A DNA stretch of 36,204 nt from Synechococcales cyanobacterium VAR_4_metabat_354 (GTDB lineage: Bacteria; Cyanobacteriota; Cyanobacteriia; Cyanobacteriales; Chamaesiphonaceae), in contig JANOQI010000060.1 in NCBI GenBank assembly GCA_031414775.1, positions 1 through 36,204 on the forward strand. Reading direction: 5' to 3'. The notes under the pieces were generated by a model, which was given only the letters and a program-made list of their open reading frames with translations, was not told the DNA's origin and made no database searches. The position numbers and the translations under genes are program-made. Shown piece after piece: positions 1 through 9,812 of the stretch (within the stretch, counting starts at the first letter, position 1; every line of letters starts with the position of its first letter).

Positions 1-84
1 TTGCGGTAATTTAGAGGCAACTCGTAATTCTTGCAGGGTTCTTTCTTGCTCTGAAGTGAGACTGATTCTGAGTGGAGCTGGCAT
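1..84 (-). CDS. IS630-family transposase, N-terminal HTH ORF (partial, runs off the window start)
   Basis: The reverse strand from ATG at 84 reads MPAPLRISLTSEQERTLQELRVASKLPQ, which matches the N-terminus of cyanobacterial IS630-family OrfA. Not in the ORF track. Confidence 0.75.
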   Translation of the reverse strand, partial: MPAPLRISLTSEQERTLQELRVASKLPQ

Positions 85-140
85 AACACTTAATTAGTTT
101 TTCTATCTTCATCATACTTTTATTGTGGGCATTCTACTTA
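1..140 (-). mobile_element. Left end of an IS630-family insertion sequence
   Basis: The minus strand from 140 reads TAAGTAGAATGCCCACAATAAAAG..., a TA-starting end of the type seen in cyanobacterial IS630 elements, 56 bp upstream of the transposase ATG. The other end is outside the window. Confidence 0.55.
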
Positions 141-250
141 TTGCTTGCTGCGAGTTAAATCTATCGACTCACATCCTGCACCAGGATTAGGTATTATTGT
201 AGATACTAGTGGGGCTGTGTGACCCGTACATCATCGCAAGGAGTTGACCA

Positions 251-499
251 ATGACATCTCACGACTCTCAGATGGAGACGCTCCGCCAACGAATCACCAT
301 TGAGCCAGGAAAACGCAGCGGTAAGCCTTGCATCAGAGGAATGCGGATTACCGTGTATGATGTGCTGTCATATCTTGCATCTGGGATGACATATCAAGAA
401 ATTCTTGAGGACTTCCCATATCTGACTCAGGAAGATATTCTAGCTTGTCTGAGCTATGCAGCAAATCAGGAACGTCAGACTCTATTAATTCAGGCATGA
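251..499 (+). CDS. DUF433 family antitoxin
   Basis: Motif RITIEPGKRSGKPCIRGMRITVYDVLSYLASGMTYQEILEDFPYLTQEDILACLSYAA. AAGGAG RBS at 238-243. Confidence 0.93.
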   Translation: MTSHDSQMETLRQRITIEPGKRSGKPCIRGMRITVYDVLSYLASGMTYQEILEDFPYLTQEDILACLSYAANQERQTLLIQA

Positions 500-828
500 A
501 GCTATTATTTGACCACAATTTATCGCCTCGTTTAGTCGATCGATTAGCGGATCTATTTCCTGGATCGACTCATCTCTACACATTGGGTATGGATCGCGAA
601 GAAGATCGCGAAGTTTGGATTTATGCCCAAAGCAATGATTTCACGATCGTCACCAGAGATGGTGATTATAACGAATTACTCGTTCTACGCGGCTTTCCAC
701 CTAAGATCGTCTGGATTCGGCGTGGTAACTGCTCTACAGCTGTAATTGAGGAGATATTGCGATCTCACATCGCAGATATTCAGGCACTAGCAACCGATCC
801 AACTCTCGGAATTTTGACATTGTACTAA
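496..828 (+). CDS. DUF5615 family PIN-like toxin (VapC45-like)
   Basis: MKLLFDHNLSPRL...DREVWIYA...TIVTRDGDY...PPKIVWIRRGN. The true start is probably ATG 496, which overlaps the antitoxin stop (ATGA), rather than the track start at 445. Confidence 0.92.
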   Translation: MKLLFDHNLSPRLVDRLADLFPGSTHLYTLGMDREEDREVWIYAQSNDFTIVTRDGDYNELLVLRGFPPKIVWIRRGNCSTAVIEEILRSHIADIQALATDPTLGILTLY

Positions 829-829
829 C

Positions 830-1441
830 TTAATTCAAATTCTGTTCGCACAACCCAAAGAACACCCGCAATAACCCCAACAAGATCGACATTTCCCCAA
901 TCCCATGCAGCAGCGATTCTGACACCTTTCCATCTACCTGAAGCCGATAAAACTTCCAGCCCTCACCATTCGTCACAATCCCGTAAATCGCAATTTCTCG
1001 CCCCAACTGGCGATTTACCCACTGACAAGCCTGCATCTCCACCAAACACTGCGCCGCCCCCTGCTCAAAGTCATCCTTTTTCGCCTCGATTACACACACA
1101 TAGGGTGCTTCCAGATACCCGCGCCGCTCGGCTATTAGATAATCGGCATTGCCACAAGTTTTCTCACCTTCGAGATAAGCACCTTTCCACACCTTCAATC
1201 TGTCGAATCCCTCTAAGCCCTCCTCACAGATCGCATCAATTAGCAACGTCTTAGACACCTCTAAACTTTCTAGATCGAATCGCTGCAATCGTTCTAGCCG
1301 CTGTCTGAAAAAATCACTAATGGGTAAGGGTTCGGCTTCAATCTGCCAACGCTGTAATTCGTTCAATCCCAACTGTTTAAATGCCTCTTTATAGGTAAAG
1401 CTAGAAAAACTTTTTTTCCGTTCTTGAGTTACTTGAATCAT
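830..1441 (-). CDS. PD-(D/E)XK restriction-endonuclease-like protein (HsdR_N-like, cyanobacterial family)
   Basis: CGNADYLIA...VIEAKKDDFEQGAAQCLVEMQAC...IYGIVTNGEGWKF gives the D...ExK and GIVTNG motifs. Confidence 0.75.
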   Translation of the reverse strand: MIQVTQERKKSFSSFTYKEAFKQLGLNELQRWQIEAEPLPISDFFRQRLERLQRFDLESLEVSKTLLIDAICEEGLEGFDRLKVWKGAYLEGEKTCGNADYLIAERRGYLEAPYVCVIEAKKDDFEQGAAQCLVEMQACQWVNRQLGREIAIYGIVTNGEGWKFYRLQVDGKVSESLLHGIGEMSILLGLLRVFFGLCEQNLN

Positions 1442-1490
1442 TCAGATTTCTCCTGAGTTTTGTAGATGCGATAAGCCTATGATATTTATT

Positions 1491-4361
1491 TTAATTGAGA
1501 TACCAACGGATTTTAAATAAACATTTCAATTCACTTTTTTGCTCTAATTGCGACTCGATTTGAGCGATTAACTCATCTCGCTGTCGATCGACTTCATCCT
1601 GGGCATCAAATAGCGATCGCCGCTGTTGATTTCGCTGCGTCTCCAATGCCTTCACCTGCTTTTGTCCCGCCAACTTCGACTGTAGATCTACCGCCGCAGT
1701 TGCCGCTCGTTTCGCCTCCTTAATCTGTCGATCCATCTCCTTAATTTCCCGCTCCAATACTACCTTGAGATCGTCAGCCCAACCATCTAATTTCTTCGCT
1801 TCTGCCTCAAAGAAATTCGCATTTCGCTCGGCTACTCGTTGCTGAATTCGATTGACATCAGATTGGGTTTTAGTCTCTAATCTGGGATCTTTAAGCTCGA
1901 TCGATGGATTAATTATTCTCCCAGGTAAAGACATCAACCGTTTTGCTATCTCTGGATCTAATTCTTCGCCATCCTCAGTTACCGCTGCAAACACCAAATA
2001 ATCCTCTACCTGCCCCAGAGCTTCGATCGTAAATAGCGACAGACTCAGGATGCCGCTCATCCCCCCAAACGGCTCTAAAACCGTTATTTTACCCGCATAG
2101 TTACCATAATCAAACTGAACCTCAGCAGGGGCTAAAACTCGATTCTGAGCGCGTTCGACTAGCATTTCTGCTAACGGATGACCCATTCGATAGGTATGCG
2201 CTGTATCCGATCTACGCGGCAATTCATACAATCCCAACGGCACCGTTACTGTGGGTAATCCATCCGGCAACCGATCCAGCCGAAACGAATTCTCACTAAC
2301 AAACTCCGCATCCTGCGCTAACTCATAGCGAGTCAAATCGATTAAAAGCTTCTCGAATCTATCTAATACCTTGTCCGATCTTTCTTTGCGAACCTTGAGT
2401 TTTTCACGTACCTCATCATCAAAGTTATCTAATAACTTTTGGCGCGTTTGCACCATTGTTTTATTAATCTCAAAACTCAATTCCTGCTGAAGCTTATCGA
2501 AAGCTGCATCGATCTCTTCTGGTTGTCGGCACCGCTGATAAATCTCGGCAATCCGCTTCTCAAAATCTACACCAGACTCGATCGATCCCAAGACCTCATC
2601 ACTACAACCAAACACCCCGTCAAATAACTTAAACTTCTGATCTAATAACTCAAAAACTCGCTTGTCAGCCGCATTTTTCTGATTTAAGAAATTGACTACC
2701 ACCACATCATGCTTCTGCCCATAACGGTGACATCTGCCAATCCGTTGCTCCACCCGCTGGGGATTCCAAGGCAGATCGTAATTAATAATCAACGAACAAA
2801 ACTGGAGATTGATCCCCTCAGATCCCGCCTCAGTCGCGATCATAATGCTCCCCTGCTCTCGGAAATAGTCCACCAAAGCAGAACGCATATCCGCTGTTTT
2901 GGAGCCAGTTAATTTATCAGTTCCTTGATGCTGATTGAGCCAATCGCGGTAAATTTGTTTCGATCGATCGTCCGTATTCGAGCCATTAAATAGTAATAAT
3001 CCCTCACTCCATTCACTATTCCCCAGTAGACTCAGTAGATACTCCTGTGTCCGCCGCGACTCAGTAAAAATAAGTGCTTTTCTAGCACCACCATATTCTT
3101 CTGTTCGCTTGAAAGCAACTTCCAATACCTTGAGCAAGGCTTCACCCTTCGCATTTTGTTGGATCGAAACAGCTAAGTTGATAAATTCATCTAGCTCTTT
3201 AATTTCACTCTCGATCGCATTACGTTCTAATCCAGATAACGTTTCATCCAGCTCATCCTCACCCCATTCATCGATCGTTTCGTCTAGTTCTTCATAATCT
3301 TCAGCTAACTCCTCAGATAGCCTGCGGGCTGGTTCCTGCTGGGTGAGTTTTGCTTTGAGTCGTGTGGATAGAGAAGTTAATGTTTTAGCGATCGCAAATG
3401 TCGAAGAAGCTAATAGTTTACGCATCACCAATGTCATCAATGCTTTTTGACTGGTTGGTAATGCCTGAAGATTATCCCGACGTAAGTAATCAGAAACTAG
3501 ATTGTAGAGTTTTTCCTCATCCCAACTGGGCGTAAATTCCTCACAAATGGCATGACGCTGAGTAAACGGTACATAAGCAGTTACCTGTCGGCGCAATGTC
3601 CGATGACAAATCGGCTTGAGCCGTTCCTTGAGATCAGCTATCACTGTTTCTCCGTCTACCTTAGCAAACTGGGTGCGAAAACTTTTGAGATCGCCAAAGA
3701 CTCGATCGTCAATAAAACTCACCAACCCAAATAACTCCAACAAAGAGTTCTGTAATGGTGTTGCTGTCAGCAAAAGTTTATGACGATTCTGAAGTATGCG
3801 TTTGAGCGTATTAGCAATAATATTGGAAGATTTATAAACATTTCTCAGACGATGCGCTTCATCAATTACCACTAAATCCCAAGCAACAGACTCTACATCA
3901 TTCGCTTTATTTCGAGCGAATTGATAAGAACAAATAATAATTGAATCCCCTAAATCAAAGGGATAATCGTTAATATCTCTAGCAATCTTTTTATAAGACT
4001 TCGACTCTAAAATCGTACAAGGTAGAAAAAACTTCTCACTTAATTCTTGTTGCCACTGTTTGCGTAAGTTAGAAGGTGCGATGACTAGAATTTTGCGTTT
4101 CCGTTCCGCCCATTTTTGGGAAATCACTAACCCAGCTTCAATTGTTTTCCCTAAACCAACCTCATCGGCTAACAGTGCCCCTTTCGATAGTGGGGAGCCA
4201 AAAGCAAATAGTGCCGCATCTAATTGATGCGGATTTAGATCGACCTTTGCCCCAGCGAAAGTACTCGCCAACTTTTCCAAACTATCGGCTGAGTAACGTC
4301 TAGTAAGTTCGTAGGCATAATATTTAGCGTGATAGTCAGTCAGAAAGGGAAGTACAGCCAT
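1491..4361 (-). CDS. SNF2/RapA-like helicase of the type usually linked to type III R-M or DISARM loci
   Basis: LLADEVGLGKT (Walker A), DEAH, LLLTATP, ATEAGSEGINLQ, YDLPWNPQRVEQRIGRCHRYGQ and a C-terminal coiled coil. Start taken as ATG 4361 (the track uses TTG 4382). Confidence 0.9.
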   Translation of the reverse strand: MAVLPFLTDYHAKYYAYELTRRYSADSLEKLASTFAGAKVDLNPHQLDAALFAFGSPLSKGALLADEVGLGKTIEAGLVISQKWAERKRKILVIAPSNLRKQWQQELSEKFFLPCTILESKSYKKIARDINDYPFDLGDSIIICSYQFARNKANDVESVAWDLVVIDEAHRLRNVYKSSNIIANTLKRILQNRHKLLLTATPLQNSLLELFGLVSFIDDRVFGDLKSFRTQFAKVDGETVIADLKERLKPICHRTLRRQVTAYVPFTQRHAICEEFTPSWDEEKLYNLVSDYLRRDNLQALPTSQKALMTLVMRKLLASSTFAIAKTLTSLSTRLKAKLTQQEPARRLSEELAEDYEELDETIDEWGEDELDETLSGLERNAIESEIKELDEFINLAVSIQQNAKGEALLKVLEVAFKRTEEYGGARKALIFTESRRTQEYLLSLLGNSEWSEGLLLFNGSNTDDRSKQIYRDWLNQHQGTDKLTGSKTADMRSALVDYFREQGSIMIATEAGSEGINLQFCSLIINYDLPWNPQRVEQRIGRCHRYGQKHDVVVVNFLNQKNAADKRVFELLDQKFKLFDGVFGCSDEVLGSIESGVDFEKRIAEIYQRCRQPEEIDAAFDKLQQELSFEINKTMVQTRQKLLDNFDDEVREKLKVRKERSDKVLDRFEKLLIDLTRYELAQDAEFVSENSFRLDRLPDGLPTVTVPLGLYELPRRSDTAHTYRMGHPLAEMLVERAQNRVLAPAEVQFDYGNYAGKITVLEPFGGMSGILSLSLFTIEALGQVEDYLVFAAVTEDGEELDPEIAKRLMSLPGRIINPSIELKDPRLETKTQSDVNRIQQRVAERNANFFEAEAKKLDGWADDLKVVLEREIKEMDRQIKEAKRAATAAVDLQSKLAGQKQVKALETQRNQQRRSLFDAQDEVDRQRDELIAQIESQLEQKSELKCLFKIRWYLN

Positions 4362-4625
4362 ACAATATGTCAACAAGCTCAATAATTGAGAATATTTTTA
4401 GCTAGAAACTCTATTGCCAATATAGATTTACTTAGCTAATGAGCCAAAATTCAATTTTGTCAGGTTTGTTTAATCAGAGTTCACATTATACCAATACCTT
4501 ACTACCGGATTAATGACATTGTCTCCAAAAAGTGGCTGGGAAAAACAATAATTGGGTGTGGTACGATGGCCGGTGGCCAAAATAGTCTAAATTAGGGTGG
4601 AACATTGCGATGATGGCAGACAAAC

Positions 4626-5615
4626 ATGCTAAGAGATTGGCTGCTCAATATATCTATCACCTTCGGGTTAGGGTTATGTCTAGGGCTAGTCTTTAACTCT
4701 GGGAATCCGCTACTCTCCGGTTTTCAAGCCGCCATCGCTGCTGCCATCGGCACCGCAATTGTTACCAGAGGTAAGAAAAGCCGCTTTCAGAAAAATTCCG
4801 CTGCTCTGCGATCGCAAATTTCTAGGCTCCAAAATAAATCCCACGCTCTTCAGCACAATATCCTCACCGCTACTGCTGAACAAACCCAGATAGCCACTGA
4901 GCTAGATTCTTATTATCAACGTCAGCAAGCTGCTAAGCAACATATCAGCGCCTTGGAAACTGCTCGCCAGCGGATGACCACCGAGTCACAGCAAGTGCAA
5001 GACCAATTGACATCATTGCAAGCAGAACGCACTAGCCTGAAAGACAACATTGCTAAAATCACCATCAATCGTCAGCAACTACTGGGTGACAAACGAGAAC
5101 CCACTTCCGGACTAAGTAATTCTAACCAACGGCTAGAGTCAGAAAAACAGGAATTAAGCACCATTATTACCCAGTTAGAATCCCAAAAGATGAAGAGCCT
5201 TTCCGAGTCGCGCCAGCTGGAAGCGGACGTGGCTCAACTTGCTACGCATAAGCAATCACTGGAATTAGAGGTAGAACGGCTCCAACAAAAAATCGAGGAT
5301 AATCAACGATTAATTACTACAGCGACTCAGGCAATAATTAGCCCCCACAATCCTGAACCAGCACAATCAACTGTCCCACCAATGGCTGAAGAAAATTGGC
5401 AAGATCGCTTCGATGATGGGATGGTTCGATCGATCTTCATCCAACTGCAAAAATATGGTTCTGTCACCGAAGCTGAACTGACCCAAATGCTGGCCGGAAA
5501 TCCCCGTAAAGCCCGCCAATTTGCCCTGAAGTTTGAGGAATATTTAAAACTAGTCCCGTTTAATGCCAGAGTTGAAATCGCCGCTAGCGGTAAACGTTAC
5601 GTGCGCGAATGGTAG
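4626..5615 (+). CDS. Membrane-anchored coiled-coil protein with a small C-terminal globular (wHTH-like) domain
   Basis: Two N-terminal hydrophobic segments, about 180 aa of heptad Q/E/L-rich coil, a Pro-rich linker (PHNPEPAQSTVPP), then a domain of about 72 aa ending SGKRYVREW. Confidence 0.7.
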   Translation: MLRDWLLNISITFGLGLCLGLVFNSGNPLLSGFQAAIAAAIGTAIVTRGKKSRFQKNSAALRSQISRLQNKSHALQHNILTATAEQTQIATELDSYYQRQQAAKQHISALETARQRMTTESQQVQDQLTSLQAERTSLKDNIAKITINRQQLLGDKREPTSGLSNSNQRLESEKQELSTIITQLESQKMKSLSESRQLEADVAQLATHKQSLELEVERLQQKIEDNQRLITTATQAIISPHNPEPAQSTVPPMAEENWQDRFDDGMVRSIFIQLQKYGSVTEAELTQMLAGNPRKARQFALKFEEYLKLVPFNARVEIAASGKRYVREW

Positions 5616-5910
5616 ATCAAGCCAGGTGAAACATAGAATTAGTCAATCCACCGATTTGAATCTTCTCGATGCAATGTTATACTTCACCTGTATTTCAGAA
5701 AGATTAACTGTGAGAGTTGAAAAAATTAACTACCAGATTGCGTCATTGGTATAGCCTATCTCCATTAAGAATAACCTTTCTAGAGAACAGAGACCTGACT
5801 TGTTAAATGATGTTTGCGATTAGTTTTTTATAGCTGACAATCTGTAACTTATACAAAAAATCCAAAAGAAATAAGAATCATTAAAACAGCATCATGACTT
5901 GGGTACTTAA

Positions 5911-7263
5911 ATGAAAATTGTTGACTTGTGGACAAAGTTAACTAAAGGATCTGTCAACCGCCAAATTTTTGGTTCTGCCATCATTGTCGCAGCGGGAACA
6001 ACCTTTGTGAAGGCAGTTGCCGTTATTAAAGAATTAGTTGTAGCTTGGCAGTTTGGAACAGGAGCCGATCTAGATGCTTTTTTAATTGCGCTAATCGTTC
6101 CTTCTTTCATTATCAATGTTATATCTGGAGCACTGGCAGCAGCTTTTATTCCTACTTATATTAAAGTACGAGAAAAGCAAGGGGCAGCCGCTGCACAACA
6201 GCTGTTTTCCGGTGTCATGTTTTGGACGAGCGGCCTGCTGTTACTAACAGTGGCGGCAATGCTACTGACAGCCCCACTTTATTTACCACTGATTGCAGTA
6301 GGTTTCAGTAGCGAAAAATTGAAACTCACTTTCCATTTGTTTTTCATTTTAGTTCCATTAGTTATAATTAACGGAATAAGTGTTATTTGGGGAGCTGTTT
6401 TAAATGCTGGAGAGCGTTTTGTGTTAGTCGCTTTACTACCGATTATCACCCCGGCCTTTACTATTTTATTGCTGCTATTTGGCAATTCTTTAGGTGTTGA
6501 TGTGTTAGCCTTGGGAATGGTTTTTGGAGCGGCGATCGAAAGTGTTATCCTGGGTATTACCCTAGTCCGCAAAGGCATACCTGTTTGGCCCCAGTGGCGA
6601 GGATTTGATGCCAATCAAAAACAGGTTATTGATCAATATGCCCCCATGATGGCTGGAGCATTGTTGATGTGTAGTACCTTTATCGTAGACCAATCGATGG
6701 CTGCAATGCTGCCATCCGGGAGCGTTGCCTCCCTGAACTATGGTAGTCGAATCATTTCTTTGCCCATTCTCATCATCAGTACAGGCTTAGGCACGGCAGT
6801 AATCCCATATTTTTCTAAGCTACTGGCTCAAGAAGATTGGAATACCGTTCGTCATACCCTAAAAAAATATTTACGCCTTGTTTTTGCCATTAGTATTCCC
6901 CTCACGGGTCTAATTATCCTATTTTCAGAACCACTTGTTCGTGTTCTTTTACAACGGGGTTCTTTTACAGCTAGCGATACCACTCTAGTGTCACAAATTC
7001 AATCTTGCTTTGCGCTGCAAATCCCTTTTTATCTAGGCTGTAGTTTGGTAGTTCGCCTAATTGCTGCTATGCAAAGTAATCATTTGATGATGTGGGGTTC
7101 AGGCTGTAATCTAGCTATTAATATTGGTTTGAACTATTTATTTATGCAATGGTTGGGGGTGGCTGGTATTGCCCTATCAACAAGTATTGTTTACTGCTTT
7201 AGCTTCCTATTTTTATGGTTTTTTGCAAATAGACTTTTACAAAGATCAACAGCTACAGCCTAA
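5911..7263 (+). CDS. MurJ/MviN-like (MOP superfamily) flippase, probably the polysaccharide flippase of this cluster
   Basis: KELVVAWQFGTGADLDAFLIA, AAFIPTY, SLNYGSRI, LLQRGSFT, GIALSTS, with many TM helices. First gene of a GT cluster. Confidence 0.85.
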   Translation: MKIVDLWTKLTKGSVNRQIFGSAIIVAAGTTFVKAVAVIKELVVAWQFGTGADLDAFLIALIVPSFIINVISGALAAAFIPTYIKVREKQGAAAAQQLFSGVMFWTSGLLLLTVAAMLLTAPLYLPLIAVGFSSEKLKLTFHLFFILVPLVIINGISVIWGAVLNAGERFVLVALLPIITPAFTILLLLFGNSLGVDVLALGMVFGAAIESVILGITLVRKGIPVWPQWRGFDANQKQVIDQYAPMMAGALLMCSTFIVDQSMAAMLPSGSVASLNYGSRIISLPILIISTGLGTAVIPYFSKLLAQEDWNTVRHTLKKYLRLVFAISIPLTGLIILFSEPLVRVLLQRGSFTASDTTLVSQIQSCFALQIPFYLGCSLVVRLIAAMQSNHLMMWGSGCNLAINIGLNYLFMQWLGVAGIALSTSIVYCFSFLFLWFFANRLLQRSTATA

Positions 7264-7308
7264 AATATCGACCTAATCAGTAAAGCTCCTTCTTAATATC
7301 CAAAGATT

Positions 7309-8415
7309 ATGAAAATCACTCTCGTTATTCATGCAATGGGCTCTGGTGGTGCCGAACGGGTTATGTCTATTATTGCCAACTACTGGGCAAGTTACGGGTG
7401 GCAGGTTACACTCATGACCTTCGTGGGGCCATCTCAACCCTCTTTTTATACACTAGATTCCAGAATCAATGTTCAACAGTTAGACATCGCTGGCAGCTCA
7501 GCGAATGCGATCGATGCCATCGTAAATACTTGGCAGCGGATTAGAGCTTTACGAGCAGCAATTATTGCTAGTAAACCTAATGTTGTGATTAGCTTTATGA
7601 ATACAGCCAATGTCCTAACAATCATGGCTTGTTGGAATTCAAATATTCCTGTAATTGTCAGTGAGCATACTTATCCAGCTTTTGCAGATACGGGCAAGGT
7701 CTGGAAGCTATTGATGAAACTCACTTATCACCGGGCTGATTTAGTGACATTATTAACCCAGGATGCTTTGCCATTTTACCCAACAACCCAAGGATATCGA
7801 TCGATTGTGATGCCCAATCCGATCATCACCCCATTAGTAGAAGTTACAACAGAAAAATTATTACCTAGTCCGACTCTAATTGCTATTGGTAGGCTTCACT
7901 CAGTCAAAGGATTCGATATTTTAATCCAAGCCTTTCACCAAATTCATAATAAGTATCCTGATTGGCATCTAAGCATTCTGGGTGAAGGTTCCAGCCGACC
8001 AGAATTAGAAGAATTGCGAGCAAAACTACAATTAATTAACCGAGTCCATCTTCCTGGGCAAGTTCAAAATGTCAATGCTCACCTGCATCAAGCAGATATA
8101 TTCGTAATGTCATCTCGATCCGAGGGATTTCCTATGGCGCTATGTGAGGCAATGGCTTGCGGCTTGCCGGTAGTATCTTCAGACTGTCCCAGTGGTCCCC
8201 GCGAAATTATTGAGAATGGAGTCAATGGAGTATTAGTTGTTACAGAGAATGTTGATGAACTAGCAAATGGATTAGATGTCTTAATGTCCGACCCTATAAA
8301 ACGCCAAAAACTAGCTCAAGCAGCCCCCCAAGTATTGAAGAGATTTGGACTAGAGCAAGTGATGGTGTTATGGAAAGAGGCCATCAAACAAGTGATCGAT
8401 CGCCAAAATCGTTAA
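7309..8415 (+). CDS. Glycosyltransferase family 4 (AmsD/PglH-like)
   Basis: SGGAERV, GRLHSVKGFD, SRSEGFPMALCEAMACG, DCPSGPREII. Confidence 0.92.
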   Translation: MKITLVIHAMGSGGAERVMSIIANYWASYGWQVTLMTFVGPSQPSFYTLDSRINVQQLDIAGSSANAIDAIVNTWQRIRALRAAIIASKPNVVISFMNTANVLTIMACWNSNIPVIVSEHTYPAFADTGKVWKLLMKLTYHRADLVTLLTQDALPFYPTTQGYRSIVMPNPIITPLVEVTTEKLLPSPTLIAIGRLHSVKGFDILIQAFHQIHNKYPDWHLSILGEGSSRPELEELRAKLQLINRVHLPGQVQNVNAHLHQADIFVMSSRSEGFPMALCEAMACGLPVVSSDCPSGPREIIENGVNGVLVVTENVDELANGLDVLMSDPIKRQKLAQAAPQVLKRFGLEQVMVLWKEAIKQVIDRQNR

Positions 8416-8455
8416 ACAGTTAGACAATTGTTTTTTCAATAATTTTAAAAACCAT

Positions 8456-9721
8456 ATGCCTTCCCCGAAACATGTTGATTCAAATAAATTATTAGGGTTT
8501 TTTGACTATTTCAAACAATCTCTGAAAATGGCACCTATGCCAGTCATTGCTTTAATTATTTATATGAGCCTGCGTAGTACTTCCTTTTGGGTTAACGAGA
8601 CACTACCCCCTGGTGAGCTGTGGCATCCGGCATATTTAGGATGGTACGATTTCTTATTATTATTTTCTATTCTAGGGAGCATGATAAATAGATCTATAAA
8701 AATGGATGGAAAAGATCTATTGATTTTTTCGTTACTACTAATAATAATTCTATTAAGCTTTTGTAGTGGTCGAAGGATAGATATTAAATATGTAATAGAC
8801 TGTAGCGTTTTCTTACTGAGAGTATTCTTAAGCTTTTCTTTTGCAAAGGGACTGGTTCTTCGTCGAGGTGTCCGAGTAGTAGAAAGTATTCTAATGATTC
8901 TGTTCATCATTCTATCAATGAGTGCTCTATTTGTGTATCAATTACAATTTGGAGAAAATAACAGAATATTTGCAGCAGCGATGACTTCTCCCAGCTTTGC
9001 CCAAGTAGCTGTAATAGTTTTTCTAATAGCTGTAGTTAGAAAATATAATAAAATGACAATATTTTCTCTAATTTTTTTATTTCTTACATTTAGTAGAACA
9101 TCTGTTTTATTATTAGTTATTCTATTAGTTATTTATTCAAGAAGACTTCCATTGAAAACAACGCTGAAATATTTCACTATATTATTAGGGACTATTGCTA
9201 TTGGGGCTTTTATTATTATTAACTTTACAGGAGATGCCTTTACTTATGTAATAGCCGAGCGCACAGATATGGGAGGAATTGCTACTTTGAATTCAAGAGA
9301 TATTATATGGGAAACTGCTGCATCTATCATAAATAATGGAGATATTCCACTATTTGGTATTGGATTGAATGCCACTCCATCATTACTTCAGTATGTGAAT
9401 AGTTTAGATGTTATTACTGACGAAGTAGAAATTAAATCCATCTCACATTTTCATAGTATTTTAATAGAATACTATTTTGGATTAGGATTTTCATCTTTAT
9501 TTTTATGGTTATACTTCATTAGAAGAATTCTTCAAACCCTTTATCATCAATGCTATCCATCATTTTTTATTTTTGTATTCTTTATAGTATGTCAGTCAGT
9601 AGATTTTACTTTTTATAATCCGAAAGAGTTAGTTATTTGGTCGCTAATGCTAGGCATTGCTGAAGGTCAATGGATAAGTGAGAACGGAACGTTCTCAAGT
9701 AAAGAAAGAATTGCACAGTAG
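8456..9721 (+). CDS. Wzy-like polymerase / O-antigen ligase family protein
   Basis: Polytopic membrane protein with LTFSRTS, NSRDIIW, PLFGIG and HFHSILIE motifs. Very AT-rich (10/60 GC in line 9061). Confidence 0.8.
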   Translation: MPSPKHVDSNKLLGFFDYFKQSLKMAPMPVIALIIYMSLRSTSFWVNETLPPGELWHPAYLGWYDFLLLFSILGSMINRSIKMDGKDLLIFSLLLIIILLSFCSGRRIDIKYVIDCSVFLLRVFLSFSFAKGLVLRRGVRVVESILMILFIILSMSALFVYQLQFGENNRIFAAAMTSPSFAQVAVIVFLIAVVRKYNKMTIFSLIFLFLTFSRTSVLLLVILLVIYSRRLPLKTTLKYFTILLGTIAIGAFIIINFTGDAFTYVIAERTDMGGIATLNSRDIIWETAASIINNGDIPLFGIGLNATPSLLQYVNSLDVITDEVEIKSISHFHSILIEYYFGLGFSSLFLWLYFIRRILQTLYHQCYPSFFIFVFFIVCQSVDFTFYNPKELVIWSLMLGIAEGQWISENGTFSSKERIAQ

Positions 9722-9812
9722 TTAATAGAATTTTTTCACTTCATGTTAGAGTCAGTTCATTGCTAAATTAATCTTTTCATAATAGATAAATCATAAGTAT
9801 AGAGTTTCTCCC

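Noticed and set aside
445..495. Track N-terminal extension of the PIN toxin
   Set aside because: It overlaps the antitoxin. ATG 496 gives the family-typical MKLLFD start with ATGA coupling.
2439..3734. Short + strand ORFs inside the SNF2 gene (and similar short antisense or alternate-frame ORFs throughout the window)
   Set aside because: They are shadows of long, motif-bearing genes and have no recognisable domains.
1491..4361. DISARM or type III R-M system
   Set aside because: No drmA/B/C, methyltransferase or res gene is present in the window.
5911..7263. Calling this gene the housekeeping murJ
   Set aside because: It is shorter than typical lipid II flippases and heads a GT/wzy cluster, so the substrate is uncertain and no symbol was given.
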